NCBI RefSeq assembly: GCF_006345805.1
Contig: NC_043015.1
Location: 23,870,001-23,934,000, forward strand
Length of the DNA stretch: 64,000 nt
Direction of reading: 5' to 3'
Source of the DNA: Octopus sinensis
Lineage: Eukaryota
The notes under the pieces were generated by a model. That model had not been told where the DNA came from. It did not search any database and worked only from the letters and a program-made list of their open reading frames with translations. This document shows positions 1 to 11,024 of the stretch, one piece after another. The position numbers were made by a program, and so were the translations under genes. Positions within the stretch are counted from its first letter, which is position 1, and every line of letters begins with the position of its first letter.

Positions 1-92
1 GTTTGCTTTCATCCAGAATATAACGAATTCATTATTTTTCCCGGGATGACCGTTGCAGGCAGAAAGCATGGGTACTTGTTCACTGATTTTCC
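1..92 (-). CDS. Candidate host-gene exon running off the window edge; product unknown
   Basis: Minus-strand acceptor cttctattttAG (AG at 94-93). One frame stays open to the window end: (G)KISEQVPMLSACNGHPGKNNEFVIFWMKAN. Phase is compatible with the 3923-3981 candidate exon. No family recognised. Confidence 0.3.
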
Positions 93-1566
93 CTAAAATA
101 GAAGCTTTATGAAATTAGTCATCACAGCATGTATTATTTTTTCATTCCCACCGAGGTGTATAAACTTTTTTTTACATCTGTTTACATTCCTCAGTGACTA
201 TACAATCCCATGCACAACTATACCACATTTTCATATTATCCAACAAACTATGGATCGAGGAAGATTAATTAAATTTTATTTAATTAAGCACATGGCCAAT
301 AAATGAAATCTTATACAAATTAGATTGGATACATATCAGACCAAAATTCTACGGAAGTGCAGATGGAAAATCGATTAAGTTGCTGCTGAAGAACACTGAG
401 ACTTCTATCAACCTAAAAAAGCGTGTTTCTACTCCGAAAAATATCTTCCTGTGTTCTAGCCAACATACAGAATCTTCAGACAGTTTTTCGGCTATTTATT
501 TCAGTATGTATGTATGCATTATCTTTAATAATTTTCTACAGCATTTTTGTAATTCTTCCTAAACACAATTAATTCTTTTATTTCTTGCTTTCCAGATTTC
601 TGTAAACGAATGTTTTTCAATTAACTGTCAAAGCAAGCGAAAGAAATTTCCACATTACGTATAACTATCATTCGGTTTGATTAAGTGCCTTGATAGTTAC
701 ATATCAGGCGATTCCATTTTGGTTAGAGGCGCAGTGCATTACCAATCAATTATAAATTTCGTCGTGTGAATTATTTTCTAGGGGTGACGAAGATTAAGAA
801 AGAACTATCAAAGAGGATATTCCTCATATTAATAAAAAGTAATATCATTCAGAAGTTACAGAATGAATCTGGTATGTTGTTGAAAGACTGGTTAATTTAT
901 AACTTGTTAGAAGCGAAGTATTTCCTTTAATCTGGCTGAAGCCGCACAGGAGGACATACTTAAGTATATGTGCCTTTGTAGAGATACATAAATCACAGGC
1001 TTTGATGATGAGTGAAGCCGAAATTATGTCTAAGACTGATTAGGAAATGGAATTCTCAGGTTGAGACTATAAAATGTCTGGCATGGACATTTTGAAGCAC
1101 ATGGACACGGAGAAAATCATATATCGTGTGTGGGGTTGTTTTGATTTATATATGTAATTGTGTATTATGTATGTATGAACATGTATATATATATATATAT
1201 ATATATAAACTTTATTTGTGAATGTGTGAAGTTATTTGCATTTAAATTTGAATGCTTCTCTGCATGAGTTCTCTCCCACTCCAAATATTTGTGGCTGAAC
1301 ATTTCTGTGAGAGTATGCGTGCGTAAGTATGTATACATATTTATACACATACAAATATATAATTATTTATTTACATATGTATATTTACACATGTTTATAT
1401 GGGTGTTCATATCACTGTAATTAATGAATATTTACAATTCTATATACCGTGTTTCATTGAAAATCTACTGTAAAAACGGGGAAAGGATTGAATATCAGGA
1501 ATTCTGATAAAGCAATAATTACTTATCAGCATACAACACTATATTACATTCCTACATAGATACAGT

Positions 1567-1633
<67 letters not shown>

Positions 1634-1647
1634 ATATATATATATAT

Positions 1648-1860
1648 TCTTTTATTCTTTTATTTGCTTCAGTCATTTGAGTGGGGTCATGCTGGAGCAC
1701 AGCCTTTAGTCGAACAAATTGACTTATACTTTGTTTGCCTAGTACTTATCCTATCGGTCGTCTCTTTTGCTGAAATGCTAAGTTATGGGGACATAAACAC
1801 ACCGACATTGGTCGTAAAGTGATAGTGGGGGGACAAACAGAAATACAAACACACACACAC
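1648..1860 (-). mobile_element. 3' half of octopus-type tRNA-derived SINE
   Basis: Matches copies at 14795-14945 and 29724-29891 (cagtcatttga..catgctggagcac..tttagtcga..ggggacataaacac..ggggacaaaca). Confidence 0.75.
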
Positions 1861-1865
1861 ACCAT

Positions 1866-2154
1866 ATAGTCGTTGACAGCACCAGCAACCAATGGTTTCT
1901 GGGTAATTTGCCTTCTTCTGTACTGGACAACCGTCTGGATCTATGCCCGGGACATACTGTAAGTAAGGGGTATACTACTCCTTTCTAAACGTTGACAGTG
2001 CCAGAAAACCAATGATTTCTGAGTAATTTGCCTTCTTCGGTACTCAACAACCGCCTGTATAGAGACAGCAGCTAGTCGACCTTACTTACAAGTATGCCTT
2101 AGACACAGATTAAATGTCGATAAACCAACTGGAAAAGATGTTTTCCGGCCGTTA

Positions 2155-2155
<1 letters not shown>
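1866..2155. mobile_element. Hammerhead-bearing retrozyme/pLTR-like fragment, related to the 42.6-43.5 kb unit
   Basis: 119-bp-period direct repeat (about 1871-1942 and 1990-2058). Each copy has a minus-strand hammerhead-like motif: ccagta-CAGAAGA or CCGAAGA-..-GAAA-ccattgg-T-tgctgg. The segment at 2083-2155 (ttacttaca..ccaactggaaaagatgttttcc..gttaa) matches about 43387-43456. Confidence 0.6.
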
Positions 2156-2203
<48 letters not shown>

Positions 2204-2494
2204 GCATATGTGGGCACAGGATGTCATGAAACGTGTACAATAAAAAAATACGAAATACGAGTTCATGGAATATGAATCATTTTTCGGACAATGTAAGATA
2301 CAAATGGAAAACTTGACAAACAACATAAAGACCGACCCTTCATCAGTTGTTGGCTGCTTTCTACTCTCGTATTTCGAGCATTTAGCAACAGTATATGCTT
2401 CCGATAAAACAGTTGCTCCTGCAAAGCAAACTAAATAAAATTTGGAATTTTGCGAATGGTCAAAATTGGTAACACAAACAGGACAGTGAAAACA

Positions 2495-2579
<85 letters not shown>

Positions 2580-2581
<2 letters not shown>

Positions 2582-3110
2582 ACAATGAGGGTATTTATGC
2601 CTCCTATAGAGATATTTATCGAAGATACTGATTTAATATATAAAATTTTGAAGAGACAATACTTCAATGAATATATATAAAACATCGCAAGATATCAGAC
2701 ATTTTTATTGAATTAGAAAATCGAGGGGTCTATTAGACACAAATTAATTCATTAATTAATCAACAAATTTACCAACAATTGTTTCACTTCTGAAATAAAG
2801 ATAAAATTTGAAAATAAAGAATAAAAGACCAAAAGAATATATAAAATATACATTAGAATTTTAAATATCTGATAAGGAAAATCGTCTGGGTTTATAAACT
2901 CATGGAACCCTATTTTAAATATGATAATAAGAAAGGTAAAAATAAAAAAAATTAATAGTATTGATAAGGATATAATTAAAAGTTCTTATAATAATAGACA
3001 TAACATTAATTAATAAAGTAAGATATATTCCTTGCATAAATTCTAAGAAAAACTATGTTGATTAATTAATAAATTAATTTGTATCCATGGGATCTCTCTG
3101 TTTTCTAACA
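2580..3110. repeat. PLE pLTR-like fragment with ~53-bp inverted repeat, inserted in (TA)n
   Basis: About 2713-2765 (ttagaaaatcgaggggtc..aattaatcaaca) is inverted relative to about 3056-3108. The minus strand at about 2770-2790 has GAAA-caattg-TT, resembling a hammerhead 3' half. Confidence 0.45.
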
Positions 3111-3140
3111 CAATATATATGATGTAATACATGTATATAG

Positions 3141-3193
<53 letters not shown>

Positions 3194-3196
<3 letters not shown>

Positions 3197-3539
3197 TATT
3201 TAGAGATAGAAGTCCACATGCAATTCATCAAATCCTAATATACATCACACCATATCATAGAATTTTATTTTAATACTTACTATTTCAGTTCCAAATTACT
3301 CTTCTACACGGGTTTCATGAGCTGGGTTTAACATTCACTGATGATTGGGGTTGCAGTCAGTTAAGACATGTTTCTGAAAAAAACTGAGTGTCTAGTGAAC
3401 GTTAAACGCACCTCATGAAATCCGTGTAGAAGAGTAATTTGGAACTGTAATAGTAAGTATTAAAATAAAATTCTATGATATGGTGTGATGTATATTAGGA
3501 TTTGATAAATTGCATGTGGACTTCTATCTCTAAATAACA
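3194..3539. repeat. Long fold-back palindrome (~146-bp arms, ~54-bp spacer), probably head-to-head PLE pLTR ends
   Basis: 3194-3339 is the near-perfect reverse complement of 3394-3539. Each arm carries GAAA-(t/c)ccgtg-TA-gaag, a hammerhead 3' half. Flanked by (TG)n and TA. Confidence 0.85.
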
Positions 3540-3668
3540 TATATATTTCCTTATTGAGAATAATACAATTTATTTCAATCACTGTGACACCGGAATTTTT
3601 ATTCCCTAATAAATAAAATAACACACACATATATATATATATATATATAATATATATATATATATATC

Positions 3669-3700
<32 letters not shown>

Positions 3701-4247
3701 AAGGTTAAATAGGTATCATTACCATTACAAATAATAGTAATGATAATGATAAAGTGGCTAGCTTGTTTAGTATAAGTAAAATATAAGTAAAATATAAACA
3801 AAATGCAGTAAGGGTATTAAAATACCACTTGCTATAAATAGAGCCATCGCACTAATTTCACAAGTTACTCAAAATTAAAATAAACATGGCAAATGCAATA
3901 AAAAAAGCAAAAATAGGCTTACCTTGTATGAACGACAGAAGTAAGGAATGCGTATATTCCAGGATCAATTGATTTCGCTTTCTGTATAAAAAAATCATAT
4001 TTGAGCTCGTTAGTCGAACTTAACGTAACAACAAATATTTCTGAAGTATTCATCACATTACACCGAGTGTGTGCTTATATTTGAATGCACCGGCGTCATT
4101 CAAAACGAACATATTGTGAGCGAGTTGTATTTAAATACCCTTATTGAATTTTATCTATATTTTACCTATAAAGGCGTAAACTTGCTAGCCGCTTTATTAT
4201 TATCATCATCATTATTATAAATACTGGTAATGATGCCTATTTAACTT
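3701..4247. repeat. Diverged inverted repeat pair (3701-3833 and 4119-4247)
   Basis: aggttaaataggtatcattacca..aaagtggctagc..taagggtattaaaatac is the reverse complement of gtatttaaataccctta..gctagccgcttt..tggtaatgatgcctatttaactt. Confidence 0.75.
3923..3981 (-). CDS. Candidate 59-nt internal exon; product unknown
   Basis: Good acceptor (atttttttatacAG) and donor (AAG|GTaagcc) on the minus strand. Open frames read KRNQLILEYTHSLLLSFIQ or KAKSIDPGIYAFLTSVVHT. Confidence 0.35.
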
Positions 4248-4832
4248 CAAATCATACTCGCTCATGAAATGTAGAACTTGGTACTGACTTATAAAAGCAT
4301 TTATTATACTGTATGATATAGTATGTCTGCATAACGAAGTACCACATACCTGCAGATCTTTAGTGCTTCATGCCTATGTAGTGACAGGGGAGCTAACTGC
4401 TCCATAGCGAATGAGGTCACCATACTAGGTATTCTAGTTTTGATTGAAATTAAAAGCTCATTAGTGGTGACCACTCCGTCGCTGAATGTTTGGCCAAATC
4501 CAGACAGTAAGTATTTACCATTCGAATCAATGGCAGATTGAGCAAAATGGTAATTTTGAAATTATAAAATAACGAATGTGGTTGTTCGTGTGTGTGTGTG
4601 CGCACGCTTGTCCCCCGCTACTACTTGACAACCACCGTTTCTACGTTAATGTAACTTAACGGTTCGGTAAAAAAAGGACACCAATAGGATAAGACCACCT
4701 CTTAAGAAGAAAATAAGAACTGCCTCATTTTGTTCGACTAAAAGTTCCTCGAGGAATATATATTGGTTCAGATGTTCAGAATCAAAAAGACAAAGATAGG
4801 TGAGGGAACAAGAAGCAGGTGTATTATATCTT

Positions 4833-4880
<48 letters not shown>

Positions 4881-5689
4881 AACATGTACACGAGTATTTG
4901 ATACTGAAATAAAATATATGAAATACGTTATGTAACACTTTTAGAAAATTAATTTCATTGTTTGCCGAACAGAAATGAGAGAAGATGGGAGAAGCATCAG
5001 ATTAAATGCTTTTCTGCAGTAATTTTTTCATTACTGCCTTGGACACTTGCGCAAGTTGTAGCATCATCATCCTCCATACGGGAGAAATATACCTTTGGGT
5101 ATGTGAAACCAGACAAAGTAGACTATTCTTTACTCACCAAATATTTATGTGCCAACATTTTATCTATTACTTCGATATAAATTTCTTGAAATATCTCGGA
5201 AAACGTGATTATTAATCTGACTTCTTAGTGAATAGGGATCTTTTTTCTTTCTTTTCTTTGAATTAGGATGTTTGTTGAGCTATAATTGGTATGTCAATAG
5301 AATTTCGAGGAAAGAGACTTGCTAAGAATGAGATTTATATGTTGGTGAGAAGCAGCATGTCAAAATATATTAAGTTGAAACAGAAGATTAAATTGATCTT
5401 GGTTTGAATAGAGAAGCCAAATGTCTGGACATGTTCCTTTCAGCTGGTCGTGAGAGGTTATTCCTGCAAATCACTTTGACAACCTATTCTTTGGAGAAGA
5501 ACAATGCGCGCACACACATTCGCATATAAGTATAATCAAGCATGAACAGATAATTGGATGGCCTTGTACAAGTATACACATGCATTCTCACAGAATTGGC
5601 TACACACTAGGCAGCCGTATGCCTACGTATGTACACACGTATATTGAGAAATACATGCATACAAACATATATAGGTGTCTGTGTATACA

Positions 5690-5739
5690 TATATATATAT
5701 ACATATATATCTATATATATATATACATATATATATATA

Positions 5740-5820
<81 letters not shown>

Positions 5821-5867
5821 CGTGAGAGAAAGATACAGAAACATAGCTATCTATCTATCTATCTATA

Positions 5868-5905
<38 letters not shown>

Positions 5906-5944
5906 GATAGATAGATAGATATATAGATAGATAGATAGATAGAT

Positions 5945-6015
<71 letters not shown>
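5690..6015. repeat. Compound (TA)n/(GATA)n/(TATC)n microsatellite
   Basis: Read directly from the sequence; TATC and GATA tracts are juxtaposed in opposite orientation. Confidence 0.9.
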
Positions 6016-6499
6016 TGGTAGATCGATACATAGACGTAGATATTTACTTTGTGTGTGCATGTGTGCAGGAACTAAGTATAGATAGGAATGTGTTTGAGCT
6101 GGTGTGAATGTATTTGTGCATGCATCAAAGGAAAATAGGTATATGTACAAATGTGTAAAAATATTGTATAGCAAGGTGTATGTGTATGTCTGTGTGTGTA
6201 CGGGTGTTTGTGTTTGAGTACGTGTGCGTATGTGCGTGTAAATAAACCCTCGAACACACATACGCCGGTGGGAAGACAGTTATAGTACGTATGATTGCCT
6301 CTACGCACATTCACACACGAACGAAAGTACATATATTATACGCATTAATACAAACTCATTCAAATTTATTATATACACGCATATCAGCGCAATGCTTCAA
6401 TTCGCGATGGGAAACAAATTTTGAATAGTTAACAGAAACGCACCCATAAAGATTCTGTCACGAACAATCACATATCCAAACATATCCACATAATAAGAA

Positions 6500-6532
<33 letters not shown>

Positions 6533-7055
6533 CTATCTCTCTCACCACCACTACCATTACCACCATTATCATAATCTGGACATGTCCGGTTTTTTGTCAG
6601 GCTCCATGAAGATAACGTTTAACATTCGGAGTTATAAAAGAGACAAAATCGCGTGACTGTAAGCAGCTGATCTGTGAAGTATTAAACTGGAAGTACACGG
6701 GCTTCTCGGGTATGTGCACACTGAGGTGTTAGTAGGTACTTATCACCATTGCTGGTAATTCCCTGCAGAATCATGCATGGCCGTCTGAAGGCATCTGTGA
6801 GGAGAATGAGTTTACCATACTGCCTTTCTTTGCTCGAATGTTTGCATAAAAACATACACGCACATAATCTATCCACGCACTCGGACAAACAAACATTCAA
6901 AGCACATAATTCCGTAGTAATGTATAACAGAATACACGCGCGCGCGCACACACACACACACACACACAGATTAATACATATATACTGTAATACACAAAAA
7001 TATATATGTTATTTAATTACACCATCAAACTGATTGACTCGTATAAATATATATA

Positions 7056-7109
<54 letters not shown>

Positions 7110-7926
7110 TATATATATCGAAACGAGCAAACAAATACCTTTAGACGCTGCATTAGTTTTGCACTCAAGATGAATTTAACAAAAACATATTTCATCTGAG
7201 ATACTTTGGAGACTCGCTAGGCTTTGATGTTAATTTCATCCGATAGACTCAGGAGAGAAAATTATTCAATTTACTTTCAATATTGTCATTAACATCATCA
7301 TCACCGTCATGAACAGTGGCAGAAGCAGAAAATATAGGATCATTAACATTGTTGTGGCCAACATCATTATTACCACCAGCAGCAGCAGCACCGCTACCAC
7401 TACCTCTACCATCACCATTTCTATTATCTTCACCACCTGGAAAACTACAACCGACACCAGCATCTCGGTTGACGTCATTAAGACCCTTGTATTCCTTCGG
7501 TTTTTGGTAAATTTGAATATTCCTCAATCCGTTGAAATTCTAGATACAAGGCAGTATAATGTGCCAAAACTAAGAAAGGAATTTATCTTCCAACGAATGA
7601 TCTGATCCAATTTACTAATGCATAAGGTATTCATGTAGAACAAACCACAAGACCCATGTGATGGTTTTTAAACTGGTGAAGATTTAAAATTAACACCAAC
7701 AAATATCAAAGCAAACATTTTAAAGTATTACATCAAGGGAACTTTTATGATGTTCCAGCAATTGAGCCAATCCACCACCAGACTTGGACTGGCTTGTATT
7801 TTTTTCAACATGACAGAATGAAAATGCAAAATCGAGACTACAATAGAAGAGACATGTACCCAAGAGCGGGCAAAATTCCCGAAGATGTGTTTGAGTAGCT
7901 TTCACCAAAGGGCTTCACCTCTACCT

Positions 7927-7927
7927 T

Positions 7928-8019
<92 letters not shown>

Positions 8020-8020
8020 C

Positions 8021-8052
<32 letters not shown>

Positions 8053-8261
8053 TTATTTATACACACACCTACACCCATGTTTGTATATATTTTTGTATAT
8101 ATATATATATGTATAAATATATATATATATACTTATATGTATCTATATATATATATAATATATATATATATGTATATGTATGTATATATATGTATATGTA
8201 TATGTATATATATGTATATATATATGCATATGTATACATGTGTATATGTATATATATATAT

Positions 8262-8295
<34 letters not shown>

Positions 8296-8513
8296 ATGTA
8301 TATGTATATATATATGTATATATATATATGTATATGTATAAATATTTGTATATGTATATGTATATAAATATATGTATATATTATATATATGTATAAATAT
8401 ATATATATATATATAGATATATATCTATGTATATATATATATATGTATATATATATATGTGTATATATATATGTCTATGTATATATATATGTGTATGTAT
8501 ATATGTATGTATG

Positions 8514-8560
<47 letters not shown>

Positions 8561-8808
8561 TTATTTATACACAAACCTACACCCATGTTTGTATATATTT
8601 TTGGATATATATATATATGTATAAATATATATATATATATACTTATATGTATCTATATATATATATATATATATGTATATGTATGTATATATATATGTAT
8701 ATGTATATGTATATATATGTATATATATATGCATATGTATATATGTGTATATGTATATATATTATATATATTATATATGTATATATTATATATATATATA
8801 TGTATATG

Positions 8809-8839
<31 letters not shown>

Positions 8840-8919
8840 GTATATGTATAAATATTTGTATATGTATATGTATATATATATATGTATATATATATTATAT
8901 ATATGTATAAATATATATG

Positions 8920-8958
<39 letters not shown>

Positions 8959-9320
8959 GTTATATATATGTGTATATATATATGTCTATGTATATATATA
9001 TATATGTGTATGTATATATATATATGTATGTATATATATATATATGTATATGTATATATATATATGTATATATATATGTATATATATATGTATATATATA
9101 TATTATATGTATATGTATATATATGTATATATATATACGTATATGTATATATGTATATATATGTATATATATGTGTATGTATATATATATGTATATGTAT
9201 ATATATATATATGTATATATATGCATATACATATGTATATATATGTATATATGTATATATGTATATATGTATATGTATATATATCTATATGTATATGTAT
9301 ATATAAATATGTATATATAT

Positions 9321-9356
<36 letters not shown>

Positions 9357-9425
9357 TATGTATATATACATATACATATTATATATATAGATATACATAT
9401 ACATATATACATATATACATGTATA

Positions 9426-9465
<40 letters not shown>

Positions 9466-9543
9466 CATATATACATGTATATATACATATATATGTGTGT
9501 ATATATATATATGTAATATATATATATATTATATATATAATAT

Positions 9544-9587
<44 letters not shown>

Positions 9588-9600
9588 TATTATATGAATT
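7927..9600. repeat. 1.7-kb (TATC)n + (TA/TG)n compound microsatellite with a ~508-bp tandem duplication
   Basis: The unique spacer (tttttatttatacaca..cctacacccatgtttgtatata) occurs at about 8050 and 8557, and the downstream microsatellite pattern is repeated. Confidence 0.85.
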
Positions 9601-9944
9601 CATGTATGTGTATGTATTTCTGTATGTTGTGTGATTATGCTTATAATCCACACGCAGTGTCAAATAAATTATGTATGTTTCGATGAAAAAAATAATTTTA
9701 ACATTCAGAAATGTCACTTCTCCCCTTGTTTATGTAATTCAGAGAGCAATATAATCACAATGAATTATTATACCAGATGTTTTTGCCATATTAAATGAGC
9801 GCTATAAGTTGTATTTTTTGTCAAGATATCAACATTTGTTGCGGTAATTTTGTTATGTCTTTGCAAATATATTTTATTGATTATATCTCATGATTGTACG
9901 TGTGTAAATATGGAATACATGCATATGTGTGACAACGTACACTA

Positions 9945-10850
9945 ATGGTTGAATACACACACACATTCTCACAAACACGTATATATATATATGTATTTAC
10001 TATAAATGCATTTACTAATACTAACATTAATTTAGTTAATACCATCCAACCCTCTAGAAATATTAATAACAAGGTTATTGTATCTGAAGTCAATTCCAAT
10101 AGAATTAAATTTATGTCAAGTAACTCTAAGATTAAAAATTCTATATACCAGTGTATAATATGTACTCGTAATAAAGTACGATTTTACATTGGAAGCACAT
10201 CGTTAGAGTTATCTAAAAGAATTTCTATCCATTACTCAACATTTAGGGATAGAATTAAACGGAATAGTACCGGTCTCAGCAAACTGATTTGGGATTTAAA
10301 AGACCACAATGAACAACTTCATTTAGAATGGTTGATCCTCTCAATTTCGATACCATATGACAAAGGCGAGAAATACTGTCTTCTCTGCAATTCTGAGCTA
10401 TTTTTCATTATTTTTTCTAAAATACTCTAGTAAACACGGTTATAGAGCGAGCATACAGATGTAAGCATTGGCAAAAACATACATTTAGTGCATATAAGTA
10501 GTTTCTATCATTATATATAATTTAAACTTTAATTTCCTTTATATTTAACATTCACTATTAATATCCCTACTCTCTCTGTTAGCTACTTATGACGTTATAT
10601 CATATAACGTTTTTTTAAACAATATTAATAGCGTTATGTCTATCGCTATACAAATCCATCATTTTTTGCTAAAATGTCGTATTGACGAGTTTCGTTTTTT
10701 TTCACTTTCCCGAAGAGAAGATTGCATTGTTTATACCATTTATTCTTTTGAATAGTATCAGTGGAATTTTCGAAACATTTGTCGAAAGTAAAAATATTTG
10801 TTTACACCTGCTTTAACTCCAATTTTTATTCATATTATTCAAATATTCAA
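9945..10850 (+). mobile_element. 3' fragment of Penelope-like element: GIY-YIG endonuclease, 3' UTR and pLTR
   Basis: ORF 9945-10430 contains NSIYQC..FYIGST..KRISIH..STGLSKLIWDLK..W..PYD..CLLCNSE, a PLE-type GIY-YIG domain. It has a premature stop, and a hammerhead follows at 10704. Confidence 0.85.
10704..10789 (+). ncRNA. Type I hammerhead ribozyme motif (CCGAAGA core variant)
   Basis: Stem I actttc/gaaagt; core CCGAAGA at 10710-10716; stem II gaagatt/aattttc; GAAA; short stem III catttg; GUC cleavage site. Confidence 0.7.
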
Positions 10851-10989
10851 CGTAAACACGAAGTTTCTACCTTTATAAACAAGGAGTTACAACATCTTTA
10901 CTTGTGAGATTTTTGCTGCCCTGGTAACTATTTATTTATTTTCCGTGTTAATTGTTAACAAGGTAAAAATACACTCATCTATCTATCTA

Positions 10990-11024
<35 letters not shown>

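Noticed and set aside
7510-7920. Coding-like sequence (also about 26760-27300 and 46850-47400) that might be decayed transposase
   Set aside because: Stops in the frames examined and no motif I could identify.
8109-9686. Long ORFs up to 337 aa rich in Y/I/M/C/V, and many similar ones across the window
   Set aside because: They are translations of (TA)n/(TG)n/(TATC)n microsatellites, which lack stop codons; not genes.
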